From: an uncultured Synergistales bacterium
GTDB lineage: Bacteria > Synergistota > Synergistia > Synergistales > Aminobacteriaceae
NCBI GenBank assembly: GCA_937897575.1
Contig: CALCQG010000168.1
Span: forward strand, 1 to 56,379
Reading direction: 5' to 3'
Length of the DNA: 56,379 nt
The position numbers were made by a program, and so were the translations under genes. A model generated the notes under the pieces. It did no database searches. It had not been told where the DNA came from and saw only the letters and a program-made list of their open reading frames with translations. Of the stretch, positions 1-13,189 are shown one piece after another; positions within the stretch are counted from its first letter, which is position 1; every line of letters begins with the position of its first letter.

Positions 1-52
1 GTTAAGCACGCCGCCAGCGTTCGTCCTGAGCCAGGATCAAACTCTCAAAAAA
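1..52 (-). rRNA. rrs: 16S rRNA gene, 5' end (runs off the window edge)
   Basis: Reverse complement of 1-45 reads AGAGTTTGATCCTGGCTCAGGACGAACGCTGGCGGCGTGCTTAAC, the universal 16S start including the 27F site. The exact mature 5' end is estimated. Confidence 0.97.
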
Positions 53-174
53 ATTACTTCGGCTCGCGTTACCTTTTTTTCCCTACCTATAAAACTGTCA
101 AGGTTCTTTATATCACTGCGATCACGCTCAATTTCGGGCCGGATCGCCGCACCGTTTTCGGCGGTGCAAGGGGT

Positions 175-202
175 ATATTACCATGTTTGGGAAAGAAGTC
201 AA
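175..202 (-). promoter_or_regulatory. sigma70-type rRNA operon promoter
   Basis: Minus strand TTGACT-16 nt-TAATAT with an extended TG motif, about 120 nt upstream of the 16S start. A 16-nt spacer is typical of rrn promoters. Confidence 0.75.
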
Positions 203-294
203 CCCCGTCAACGCTTTTTCGTTCTTCGGGTCAAATTGGCTCCACGACTGATCGTATGGCCCTTCTTGCGACTTCCCCCTCACTTTTTGATTCT

Positions 295-3910
<3,616 letters not shown>

Positions 3911-4025
3911 GACCACTCCTCCCGTCGGAGGCTGAGATTCTCCGCCGTAGATAGGGCATATCCTAACAGAAAAACGCCGTCTCCTGCAATTCGATGAGGA
4001 GGAAAGACACGTGCAGCGGGGAGGT

Positions 4026-4493
4026 TTACTCCGGGAGCTCCCCGTGTTCGAGAAACTCAAGGACGATGGCCCATGCCGCGAAGTCGTCCATCTCGCTCCT
4101 GGGAGGGACGCGCAGCCCCTTGGGGATCAGTCGTTGGACTCCCTTCGGCGGGTAGAGCCTCCAGTACAGCTCCCGGGCACGAAGCGTCGTCCCCTTCTCC
4201 CGAACGGACCGGACATGGGGGCAGACCGCCCTCATGAGGTCGATCATGGGGCGACTGCCCGTCCCGTCGCCCACCAGACACTGATCGACGGTGAAGAGGT
4301 CGTCCCGTGCTCCGGCCCCTGTCTCGCGGGTACAGCTGCTCAACGCCTGGAGGGAATTTTTGGCCACGGCACTGAGGAACGCCTCTGCGTCCGACGTCGC
4401 GAAAATACCCGCCGCCACGAGTTCTCCGCTCTCTTCGACAAGGGCCCACCCCGTCTTGTCCCGTCCGGGGTCAATGCCGAGGATCATGTTCAT
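4026..4493 (-). CDS. YqgF/RuvX-like RNase H-fold nuclease (pre-16S rRNA processing family)
   Basis: ILGIDPGRDKTGWA, VGDGTGS, EKGTT..AR and DDFAA motifs. Confidence 0.75.
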   Translation of the reverse strand: MNMILGIDPGRDKTGWALVEESGELVAAGIFATSDAEAFLSAVAKNSLQALSSCTRETGAGARDDLFTVDQCLVGDGTGSRPMIDLMRAVCPHVRSVREKGTTLRARELYWRLYPPKGVQRLIPKGLRVPPRSEMDDFAAWAIVLEFLEHGELPE

Positions 4494-5364
4494 CCTCCAT
4501 GGCGCGGGGCCACCGCCGCGCCATCCACATCCACTGTTCGGGGTACTTCGTTATCCATTCGCTCACTACGTCATTGCAAAGGGTCATGGCGTCCTCCATG
4601 GACTCCTCCGGCTCGGGGTGCCCCTTCGGCCAGGGCGGCGGAAGCAGCCAGAGGTCGTGGTATATGGACGTGCCCCGCCGGATCATAAAGGAGGGCAAGA
4701 GAGCGCACCCGTACTTCGCCGCGATCTTGGCCGGTCCGTAGGGCGTGCTGGCTGGGATCCCGAGAAAGGGGACCAGGACCCCCTTCTCCTTGGCGTCCTG
4801 GTCGATGAGGATGGCCAGGACTTCGCCCCTTTGGAGGCAGCGGATCGCCGACTTGAGGTCGAACCCCTTGCTGACCGTCCGGACGCCCAGGGCCTCCCGT
4901 TTCTCCATGATGAGGTTGGTTATCCGTTCGTCCCTCTGATCCGCGCCGATGGCGTTCATGGGGTACCCTCGGCTCGCCAGGACCCCCGCGCCCATCTCCC
5001 AGTTGCCCAGGTGGGCGGAGAGCAGGATGACACCCTTGCCCCTCTCGTAGGCACTGCGCAGGTTCTCCTCGCCGTGGACGGTGATGAAGGAGTCCAGTCG
5101 CCCGCGAAACTTCGAAAAATGGACAACCTCCGCCACGGATCGACCCATGTTGCCGTAGGAGGCCCGGACGATCGTCCGCGCTCTTCCCCCATCCACGGCA
5201 AGAGCCCTGGCGCAGCGCCGCTCCGCCGCCGCCACCCGTCTGCCGCTGAACACCCGGAGCAGATGCCCGAGCCCGCCGCCGACCAGGACCGCAAGGCGGT
5301 GCGGCAGAGCTTCGATCCCCTTGCAGAGGACGGTGACTACTCGCCACGCCCTGTCTTTATCCAT
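4471..5364 (-). CDS. lpxL: Lipid A late acyltransferase (LpxL/HtrB family)
   Basis: AHLGNWE catalytic motif, LIDQD, VPFLG, C-terminal PEQWMWMARRW. Confidence 0.85.
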   Translation of the reverse strand: MDKDRAWRVVTVLCKGIEALPHRLAVLVGGGLGHLLRVFSGRRVAAAERRCARALAVDGGRARTIVRASYGNMGRSVAEVVHFSKFRGRLDSFITVHGEENLRSAYERGKGVILLSAHLGNWEMGAGVLASRGYPMNAIGADQRDERITNLIMEKREALGVRTVSKGFDLKSAIRCLQRGEVLAILIDQDAKEKGVLVPFLGIPASTPYGPAKIAAKYGCALLPSFMIRRGTSIYHDLWLLPPPWPKGHPEPEESMEDAMTLCNDVVSEWITKYPEQWMWMARRWPRAMEDEHDPRH

Positions 5365-5397
5365 GGTCTCTTCCTCTCAGCCCGTCTGTCCCTCGGG

Positions 5398-6486
5398 TCA
5401 TCGTGCCGCTCCATCCTCGGGGATAAGGTCGTCCATTCTGTACCGGAGGAGCATCTCGACAAATCCCTCGTTCCTCAGCGGCGATCCGGAGAACAGGAAG
5501 ATCCTTCGGCCGTCCTCCTGACTCTCGCCGTCGGCAAGCAGCGCCAGATCGCTCAGGACATTCCCCTCTCGATTTTTTTCCCCTCGGATGGGCAGGACAA
5601 CCCGTCTGCCCTCAAGAAGGGACGGGACCCGACGAAGGGCAGCTCCGCTCTCGAGCCCCCTGAGGACGCGGGCGAGGGGGTCACCCCAGCCGGCCGTACC
5701 GAACCAACCCTGCTCTCCGTCCTGGCCGAGCACGATGTAGTTTCCTCTGTCGCCGGCCTCGTCCTCGAAGATATCCCACGGGACGGTGAGCACGGCAGGT
5801 GATCCCTCGAACGCCATATTCTCCCCCCACGAGATGCCGCATGGGATGATCCGAAGATGTCCGCGAGCTTCGTAGAGCTCCTGGGCGAAGGCAAAGTCCG
5901 TGTGGAAATCGGGCAGAAAGAAGCGGGGTTCGGAGGACTGCACGAGAAAGAGGACCGCCGCCTCGTAGCCCTCATGCACGAGGTGAAGAAGCTCTTCCAC
6001 ATGTTTTTTCGCTCGGGCCGACGGTGCATCGGGGAACATGGCGACACGCCTGGTGAAGAGGGTACAGGATTTCACCTCGAGCAAAAGGCGCCGCTCTCCG
6101 CGCCCGAGCAGAAAGTCGAATCTCGATCGTCCGAAGGGGACCTCCCGTCGAAGGACATTGTACTCCTCAAGGCCGGGGATTTTTTTGTCTATAAGGAGCT
6201 TTTCGACGACGGCGTTCGTGTGGTGGGTGTGCAGGAGCACCGGACGACCGTATCGTTCCCCTCCGATCACGGTATATCGCGTCGTTCGGGGCGAAGAGGG
6301 CGCGGCCTCAGCCACATACAGCGTCGAACCCGGCAGCAGAAGTTCCCAGAGCCGACCCGGGTTCGGGAGGTAGGCCTCGATGAGCTCGTCGCCCAGTTGG
6401 CAGCGCACCAGAAACCGATTTGGCCGCTCGATAAAACGGGCCGCGTGCAACGGTGCCCCATCAAAAGAATTCCCGTCCTGATGCAT
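5398..6486 (-). CDS. sfsA: SfsA family nuclease with a C-terminal extension
   Basis: RPNRF, PNPGRLWEL, SRFDFLL, LLEVKSCTL and MFPDAPSARAKKH motifs, plus about 120 extra C-terminal residues. Confidence 0.88.
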   Translation of the reverse strand: MHQDGNSFDGAPLHAARFIERPNRFLVRCQLGDELIEAYLPNPGRLWELLLPGSTLYVAEAAPSSPRTTRYTVIGGERYGRPVLLHTHHTNAVVEKLLIDKKIPGLEEYNVLRREVPFGRSRFDFLLGRGERRLLLEVKSCTLFTRRVAMFPDAPSARAKKHVEELLHLVHEGYEAAVLFLVQSSEPRFFLPDFHTDFAFAQELYEARGHLRIIPCGISWGENMAFEGSPAVLTVPWDIFEDEAGDRGNYIVLGQDGEQGWFGTAGWGDPLARVLRGLESGAALRRVPSLLEGRRVVLPIRGEKNREGNVLSDLALLADGESQEDGRRIFLFSGSPLRNEGFVEMLLRYRMDDLIPEDGAAR

Positions 6487-6649
6487 CGAATCAAGCCCTT
6501 CTTTGGAAGAAATCGCCCTAATGATACTACGTCCGCCCTTGTCCGGTCACTCTTTGTCGTTGAAAACCGGCTTCCGCCCATCGATTCCCCGCGTCGGCAC
6601 CTGATTTTTACGGAAACTTCTGCATAACAAACGGTATAAAGCGCATCAC

Positions 6650-7300
6650 GAAGGCAATTGAGAGATACGCAAGAGATACATATTTCTGAGACTGTCTCCC
6701 CCGGGAGGCTCGAGTTTCTCGTGCCCGATTTGTCAGCGACCCGGACCTGGCATTGCCGGGTTCGACCGCAACACGGCCCATCGATACCTCAATGCGTTCC
6801 GAGAGAACAAAGGAGATCCGCGCAGGAGAAACCCAGGTATTGGATGTGAGGGTGCTCTTGCGGGCTAAAGAGAGCGCGAGGCAAAAGAGATCGCGCATCC
6901 TGTGACAATGAGGTTTTTTGACTTTTTGAAGCGAGGCGATACAGTCATACAGCCGTTACGTCTGGTGCTTCACGTCATGCCCTTCACGGGATCATCCGCA
7001 CCGGCGTCGATCAGGAAGGCGTCATTCATTTCGTTGACCGGCAGGAGTAGGACGGTCTTGCCGGCATGGGCTGCGACAAGCGGGCTCCCGTTCATCGCGA
7101 TAAAAGCGAATTTCCAAAGGGCTAGAAACCTATCAACGGAATCAGGCGTTTCCCGGGTGTTCTCAAACGAGGCTGACCAATCCCGTGGCTTAACGAGGAG
7201 AGGTTTTCGTCGCCCCTGAAAACGTGCGCGTTTCCCTGCCATCACGGCAATGGAGGGGGAGCAAGCAGTTACCCGAGTCCTTTCGTGATGATCCGTTTTT
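6650..7300 (+). mobile_element. Decayed IS1595-family (ISXO2-like) transposase remnant
   Basis: Switching frames gives HISE..DLSAT..GFDRNTAHRYLNAFRE..KRARGKR..LHGIIRTGVDQEGVIH..DGLAGMGCDK..VHRDKSEFPKG*KPINGI..LKTCAF, collinear with the IS1595 transposase consensus as I recall it. Several stops and frameshifts; ends are approximate. Confidence 0.8.
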
Positions 7301-7437
7301 GGCCAAACCCCTGTCAAACAATGAATAAAAGGGTATGGGGGTCAGAGATGGAGGCGTTTCAGCCATCGCACCCCGTTCTTCCGTGCGATAGGGGACAGCA
7401 ATTGGCGCGGGAGAGGCACCTCCCCCGCGCCATGGAG

Positions 7438-8916
7438 TCATTTTCGTTCTCTGAGGACTCGCCTCAGAATCTTCCCCGTGGGCGACAGGGGCAGCTCGCC
7501 CACGAACTCCATAGTTCTGGGGACCTTGAAATGAGCCAGACTCTGTTTACAGAACTTTATGAGCTCCTGGGACGTGATCTGCTGCCCCTCCTTTAGCTGG
7601 ACGAAGGCCTTGGGGACCTCGCCGTTGACCGGATGAGGAATCCCGATGACGGCAGCCTGCTGGACGGCGGGGTGCGCGTTGAGTATGGCCTCCACCTCCT
7701 GAGGGTAGACGTTGAACACGCCGACGATGATTATGTCCGTCACCCTGTCGAGGATATGAACGCACCCGTCCTCCATCCGGACATAGTCGCCCGTGTCGAA
7801 CCAGCCATCCTTGAACCGCTCCGCCGTCTTTTCCGGATCACGGAAGTAGCCCGAGGTCACGGAGGGGCCTTTCACCCAGAGGACGCCCTCGCCCTCTTTC
7901 GTGTGGTCCTCCTCTCCGTCGCGGCTCATCAGCTTCCAGTCATACCCCTCGAGGATCGGGCCCACGGTCCCGAGGCGTCGCATCTCGAAATTCCGGTTCA
8001 CCGCCACGACGGGCGAGCATTCGGTGAGCCCGTACCCCTCGATGACCCCCGCCCCGAACGTCGCCATGACCTTCTCCTCGAGCTGCACGCTGTACCGGTC
8101 GCCGCCGGCCACGATCATCTTGAGGTCGACGGGTTTCGGGGCACCCTTCTGGGCAGCCACGGTCATGAAGTAGACCATGGCGGGCACGGCGATAATGACG
8201 TTCACCTCACCGTCGTGAATCGTGCGCATCGCCTCCATGGGGGGAAGGAACGAGGCGAGGATCACCTGCTTCATGTTCTTGACGAGAGGGAGCATGCCCG
8301 ACACCGTATAGCCGAAGGAGTGGAAGTTCGGGAGCACGTTCAGCAGCCGGTCTCCCTCCTGAAGCAGCGTCAGGGCCTCGAACATCCGGTCGACGTTGTC
8401 GAGCAGATTTCCGTGGCTCAGAGGCACGGCCTTCGGCAACCCAGTCGTCCCCGATGTGGCGAAGATGACCGCCATGGACCGGTCCTCGGAAGCCGTCGGC
8501 CTGGTGGATATCTTCGGGAACACCTCCGACAGGGAGGTCGGGACCGCTGTGGGAATTCCCTTCTCCTCCAGGGCAGACTGAAGTTCGTCAAGTCCCTGGG
8601 CGAGGACGACGGCACAGGGTTCTATAAGATCAATGGTCCTGGTGAGAGAGATGGTGCCGGCCTTCGCGTTCAGGGGCGCGATAGCGCCACCGAGGTTCCA
8701 CGCGGCGAGAGACAGGGCGAGCACGAGGGGCGAGTTGGGCAGGAGGACGGCGATTCTCTGTCCTTCTCGAAATCCTCCGGCGCGCAGGGTCTCTGTCGCC
8801 GTCTCCACAAAAGCGAGAAAGTCGTCGGACGTCCACCACCTCCCCTCCCACCAGAGGCATCGTTCATTTGGGTGTTTTTTCAGAACGGCACCAATCGTCT
8901 GTTCAAGTCGTCCCAT
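7438..8916 (-). CDS. Long-chain acyl-CoA ligase (AMP-binding family)
   Basis: ATSGTTGLPKAV, EGYGLTE, GWFDTGD, NVYPQEVE and LPLSPTGKILRR motifs. Confidence 0.9.
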   Translation of the reverse strand: MGRLEQTIGAVLKKHPNERCLWWEGRWWTSDDFLAFVETATETLRAGGFREGQRIAVLLPNSPLVLALSLAAWNLGGAIAPLNAKAGTISLTRTIDLIEPCAVVLAQGLDELQSALEEKGIPTAVPTSLSEVFPKISTRPTASEDRSMAVIFATSGTTGLPKAVPLSHGNLLDNVDRMFEALTLLQEGDRLLNVLPNFHSFGYTVSGMLPLVKNMKQVILASFLPPMEAMRTIHDGEVNVIIAVPAMVYFMTVAAQKGAPKPVDLKMIVAGGDRYSVQLEEKVMATFGAGVIEGYGLTECSPVVAVNRNFEMRRLGTVGPILEGYDWKLMSRDGEEDHTKEGEGVLWVKGPSVTSGYFRDPEKTAERFKDGWFDTGDYVRMEDGCVHILDRVTDIIIVGVFNVYPQEVEAILNAHPAVQQAAVIGIPHPVNGEVPKAFVQLKEGQQITSQELIKFCKQSLAHFKVPRTMEFVGELPLSPTGKILRRVLRERK

Positions 8917-9066
8917 TCATATCTCTCCTTTCTTGCGGCAGGTTCTCAGATGGGCCGACGACAAAGAACGCCATCGACACGGAGGAAATGGTATCATGCT
9001 ACCATATTCCGGCGGGTCTGAACATGTTTTTCCTGCCCTTGCACCATCCGATCATGGGAGGAGAGA

Positions 9067-9825
9067 ATGAGACACATGGATGAACAGAAGCTGGCCGCCC
9101 TTATCAGGCAGGTCAAGGAGGGCACGGTGGACGAGGCCGAACTCGTCCGAGCGATACAGGCCGCCCCATTCAAGGACCTGGGCGAGGTGCGCCTCGACAC
9201 CCACCGGGCGCTCAGAAAGGGCTTCTCGGAGATCGTGTACTGCCCCGGCAAGAGCGACGAACAGCTCACCGCCATCGCGGAGGCCTTCGTCGACGAGGAG
9301 GCGAACATCCTCTTTTCCAGGGCGACGCGGGCGCAGTACGATCTTGTCGCCCGTGTCCTCCCCGACGCCCGGTTCCACGAGAAGGCGAGAATCGTTGCCC
9401 TCGGGCGAGCCGTAATGCCCTCCTGCCCCGGGCTCACCGTCGTGACGGCCGGCAGCAGCGACGTCCCCGTGGCCGAGGAGGCCGCGGTGACGGCGGAGTA
9501 CATGGGCTGCGCCGTGGAACGGCTGTACGACGTCGGCGTGGCGGGACTTCACAGACTGCTCGCCCATGTGGACATACTCCAAAGCTCCCGGGCGATCGTC
9601 GCCGTGGCCGGCATGGAGGGTGCCCTGCCGAGCGTCGTGGGAGGGCTCGTATCCTGCCCCGTCGTGGCCGTCCCGACGAGCACGGGGTACGGAGCCAATC
9701 TCGGGGGGCTGGCTCCCCTTCTCACTATGCTGAACTCCTGCGCCACGGGCGTTTCCGTCGTGAACGTGGACAACGGGCTCGGCGCCGGCTACTTCGCCGC
9801 CCTCATCGTCCGCCAGTCTCGATGA
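9067..9825 (+). CDS. larB: Nickel-pincer cofactor biosynthesis protein LarB
   Basis: DTHRALRKGFSEIVYCPGK, AGSSDVPVAEE, DVGVAGLHRL, AGMEGALPSVV, PTSTGYG, MLNSC..NVDNG (PurE-like LarB). Confidence 0.9.
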   Translation: MRHMDEQKLAALIRQVKEGTVDEAELVRAIQAAPFKDLGEVRLDTHRALRKGFSEIVYCPGKSDEQLTAIAEAFVDEEANILFSRATRAQYDLVARVLPDARFHEKARIVALGRAVMPSCPGLTVVTAGSSDVPVAEEAAVTAEYMGCAVERLYDVGVAGLHRLLAHVDILQSSRAIVAVAGMEGALPSVVGGLVSCPVVAVPTSTGYGANLGGLAPLLTMLNSCATGVSVVNVDNGLGAGYFAALIVRQSR

Positions 9826-9826
9826 A

Positions 9827-9852
9827 GAGGGCGGGGAGTCTCCCCGCCCTCT
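9827..9852. terminator. Hairpin between convergent larB and pepT
   Basis: AGAGGGCGGGGA...TCCCCGCCCTCT inverted repeat. Confidence 0.65.
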
Positions 9853-9862
9853 GTACTCCCCC

Positions 9863-11095
9863 TTATGCTTTTTTCGCCCCGTAGAGTTCGACGATCTTCA
9901 GCAGATGCTCCACGGCTTTTTCCATGGACTGGACGGAGACGAACTCGTGCTTGCCGTGGGGGTACTGCCCCCCGGTGAAGATATTCGGCGTCGGCAGCCC
10001 CCGGCAGGAGAGCTGCGAACCGTCGGTCCCTCCGCGGATCGGGAGGATGTTCGGCGTGATGCCGAGAGCCTTCATGGCTGCGAGGGCCGTCTCGACGATG
10101 TGCATCTCGGGCTCGATCCTGTCGCGCATGTTGTAGTACTGGTCGGACATTGCCAACTCCACTGTCCCCTTGCCGTACCGGGCGTTCATGGCGCCCACGG
10201 CGCGTTCCATGAGCGATTTGCGCTCCAGGAACCGCTCCTTCGAGTGATCCCGAATGATGTAGTCCATCACCGTTGTCTCCACGTTGCCCGAGAAACCCAG
10301 AAGGTGAAAGAACCCCTCGTACCCCTCCGTGGTGGCCGGTGTCTCGTCGGCGGGGAAACGCGCCGCCAGCTCCATTCCCAGCAGGATGGAGTTCACCATC
10401 TTGTTCTTCGACTTCCCGGGATGGACGCTCCGGCCGTGGACCGTGACGCGGGCCTTCGCGGCGTTGAAGGTCTCGTAGCTGATATCCCCGACGGCCCCGC
10501 CGTCCACCGTGTAGGCGAAATCGGCGCCCAGGGCTTCGATGTCGAGGAGGGACGCCCCGTGCCCGACCTCCTCGTCGGGCGTAAAGACGACCTTGACGGC
10601 TCCGTGTTTGAACTCCGGGTGGGTCATCATATACTCCACGGTCGTCATGATCTCCGCAACACCCGCCTTGTCATCGGCCCCGAGGAGCGTGGTGCCGTCG
10701 GTGACCACGAGCGTTTCCCCCTTGTAGTTCAGCAGGGAGGGGAAGACTTCCGGCGAGAGGACGACGTTCTCCGAAGCGTTCAGCACAATATCGCCGCCAT
10801 CGTAGTTCTCCACCAGCCTTGGTCGGACGTTCTCGTCCGTCACCTCGCAGGCAGTGTCGATATGGGCGATGAACGCGATGGTGGGGGTCTTGTGCGACAC
10901 GTTCGACGGAACGGTGCCCGTTACGTAGGCGTGTTCATCCGCCACGGCGTCGACGACGCCCATGGCCCTCAGCTCTTCGGCAAGCACCTTCGCGACCGTC
11001 ATCTGGCCAGGCGTGCTCGGCACCACATCCCGGTCGGTGGCGGATTGACTCGGTATCTGAACGTATCGCAGGAAACGATCCAGTACGGATGGCAT
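9863..11095 (-). CDS. pepT: Peptidase T (M20B)
   Basis: Start MPSVLDRFLRYV after a GAAGGA SD; FIAHIDT, TLLGADDKAG, FTPDEEVG and IRGGTDG motifs. Confidence 0.93.
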   Translation of the reverse strand: MPSVLDRFLRYVQIPSQSATDRDVVPSTPGQMTVAKVLAEELRAMGVVDAVADEHAYVTGTVPSNVSHKTPTIAFIAHIDTACEVTDENVRPRLVENYDGGDIVLNASENVVLSPEVFPSLLNYKGETLVVTDGTTLLGADDKAGVAEIMTTVEYMMTHPEFKHGAVKVVFTPDEEVGHGASLLDIEALGADFAYTVDGGAVGDISYETFNAAKARVTVHGRSVHPGKSKNKMVNSILLGMELAARFPADETPATTEGYEGFFHLLGFSGNVETTVMDYIIRDHSKERFLERKSLMERAVGAMNARYGKGTVELAMSDQYYNMRDRIEPEMHIVETALAAMKALGITPNILPIRGGTDGSQLSCRGLPTPNIFTGGQYPHGKHEFVSVQSMEKAVEHLLKIVELYGAKKA

Positions 11096-11097
11096 GG

Positions 11098-12171
11098 TTA
11101 CAATTCCTTCCTTTCGGTCGTGAGATAGGCGGCCAGAAGCTGACCGCTGGCCTCGATGGCCCTCATGGTCGTTCGCTCGTAGGAGTGCGAGGCGTCCACG
11201 CCCGGGCCGAAACATGCGAAATCGGCGTCGAAACCCGCCGCGGCGGCGAGGCTCGCGTCGGAACCGTAGCGGTAGTGGGTGTCCACCCGGTGCGGGATGG
11301 CGTGCTGCCCGGCGAGAGCGGAAAGAAAACGGCGGAATTCGACGCCGTAGGGGGTCCGGCTGTCCTTGGCGATGATCGTCACCGAATCCTCCCTGGAGTT
11401 CGTGCCCGGGGCCACTATCCCGACATCGAGGGCGAGGTGCTCGCCCACACCTTGAGGAAGCACGGAGATGCCATGTCCCACCTCTTCGTAGTTCGTCACG
11501 GCGAAATATGTGCTCCGGACGGGCCGCAGACCGGCATCCCTCATGGCTCTTATGGCCGCGAACATGAAGGCCACGCAGGCCTTGTCGTCCAGGAAGCGGG
11601 ATTTGACGAACCCCGAGGGCGTGACCTCGTATCGCGGTTCGAAGAAGACGAAGTCCCCCACCTCGATCCCGAGGGCTCGAACCTCCTCCGGAGTCGACGC
11701 TGCCTCGTCGAGACGCACCTCCACCGTGTCGTCCGTCCTGAGGGTCTCACGCGCCGCTTCAGAAAAGGCGTGGATCGAGGCCTTGTCCGGGAGGAGCGAT
11801 CCGCGGATCTCCCTGTCCCCGTCGGTTCGGACGACGAGGTTCTCCCCCTCGAAGGAGCTCCACGCGAACCCTCCTATCTGAAGGAGGCGGAGCCGCCCGT
11901 CGGGTTTGATCTCCCGAACCTGGGCGCCAAGGGTGTCCACATGGCATGACACCATGCGACCCGGTCGGTCGCTCGTGCCCTTCATCGCCGCCAGCAGGGC
12001 CCCCTTGTTTGTTCGTTCGACAGGGAGCTCCAGCGCCACGAACTCGCTCTCCACTCGGTCCATGATCGCCCGGCAGTCTCCGGCAACGGAGGGGATGGCG
12101 ATCAACTCCCTCATCAGCCGTTCCGCGTACTCCATATCCATCGTCACGGGGCTCGTGGGTCTCGTCCTCAC
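11098..12171 (-). CDS. M42 family metallo-aminopeptidase
   Basis: CHVDTLG, SRFLDDKA, NYEEVGHG, YGSDA and DASHSYER motifs. GTG start overlaps the oppF stop; an alternative ATG lies at 12141. Confidence 0.88.
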   Translation of the reverse strand: MRTRPTSPVTMDMEYAERLMRELIAIPSVAGDCRAIMDRVESEFVALELPVERTNKGALLAAMKGTSDRPGRMVSCHVDTLGAQVREIKPDGRLRLLQIGGFAWSSFEGENLVVRTDGDREIRGSLLPDKASIHAFSEAARETLRTDDTVEVRLDEAASTPEEVRALGIEVGDFVFFEPRYEVTPSGFVKSRFLDDKACVAFMFAAIRAMRDAGLRPVRSTYFAVTNYEEVGHGISVLPQGVGEHLALDVGIVAPGTNSREDSVTIIAKDSRTPYGVEFRRFLSALAGQHAIPHRVDTHYRYGSDASLAAAAGFDADFACFGPGVDASHSYERTTMRAIEASGQLLAAYLTTERKEL

Positions 12172-13178
12172 GCCGTCCGACCTCCCTGCGCGACGAGCTC
12201 CCTCGCAAAGTGGCACGCCACAAACCGGCCGGGCTCTATCTCCCGCAGCTCCGGGGTCTCCCGCCCGCAGCGCTCCTGCCGGTAGAAGCACCGCCCCAGG
12301 AACCGGCACCCTTCGGGCGGCTCGATGGGGCTCGGCACATCGCCCTCCAGGATGATCCGGTCCCGCCGCACGCCCACCTTCGGAATGGGGATGGCCGAGA
12401 GAAGGGCCTGGGTATAGGGGTGCAGAGGGTCTTTGAAGAGAATCTTGTAGTCCGACAGCTCCACGATCTTGCCGAGGTACATGACGGCGATTCTGTCCGA
12501 CACGTGTTTCACCACGCTCAGGTTGTGGGAGATGAAGATGTAGGTGTATCCGAACTGCTTCTGAAGGCTGTTGAGCAGGTTCAGTATCTGGGCCTGGATG
12601 CACACGTCGAGGGCCGAGACCGGCTCGTCGAGGACGATGAACTCCGGATCGAGGGCGAGGGATCGGGCGATGCCGATGCGCTGCCGACGACCTCCGTCCA
12701 GTTCGTGGGGAAAGCTGTTCTCGAGGCGCTCGGCAAGGCCGACGATGCTCATCAGCTCACGGACGCGCCTCTGCATTGACGCCTTGTCCCGAAAAACTCG
12801 GTTGACGATGAGAGGCTCGGCGATAAGCTCCCGAACGGGCAAACGGGGATTCAGACAGGAGTAGGGATCCTGAAAGACGATCTGGACCCGCTTGCGGAGC
12901 TCCTTCATCTGGGACGCGCTGACCTTCGTGATGTCCGTATAGCCGTCTGTGCCTTTTTCGTCCGTTATGAGGACCCTGCCCGAGGTGCTCTCCAGAAGAC
13001 GGATGATGCACCGGCCCAGGGTGGACTTGCCGCAGCCGGACTCGCCGACGAGGCCGAGCGTCTCGCCCTTCTGGACCGAGAATGAGACGTCGTCCACGGC
13101 ATGGAGCATGCCGCTCTTGGTGTGAAAGTATTTTTTGAGGTTCTCGACTCGAATGTAGGGTGCGCTCTTCTCGCTCAT
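12168..13178 (-). CDS. Oligo/dipeptide ABC transporter ATP-binding protein (OppF/DppF-like)
   Basis: [27 protein letters not shown] and the C-terminal oligo_HPY cysteine cluster. Confidence 0.92.
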   Translation of the reverse strand: MSEKSAPYIRVENLKKYFHTKSGMLHAVDDVSFSVQKGETLGLVGESGCGKSTLGRCIIRLLESTSGRVLITDEKGTDGYTDITKVSASQMKELRKRVQIVFQDPYSCLNPRLPVRELIAEPLIVNRVFRDKASMQRRVRELMSIVGLAERLENSFPHELDGGRRQRIGIARSLALDPEFIVLDEPVSALDVCIQAQILNLLNSLQKQFGYTYIFISHNLSVVKHVSDRIAVMYLGKIVELSDYKILFKDPLHPYTQALLSAIPIPKVGVRRDRIILEGDVPSPIEPPEGCRFLGRCFYRQERCGRETPELREIEPGRFVACHFARELVAQGGRTA

Positions 13179-13189
13179 ATCCGTCCCCC

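Noticed and set aside
6608..7596. Short ORFs in the sfsA / acyl-CoA ligase gap as real genes
   Set aside because: They are better explained as fragments or shadows of the decayed IS1595 transposase.
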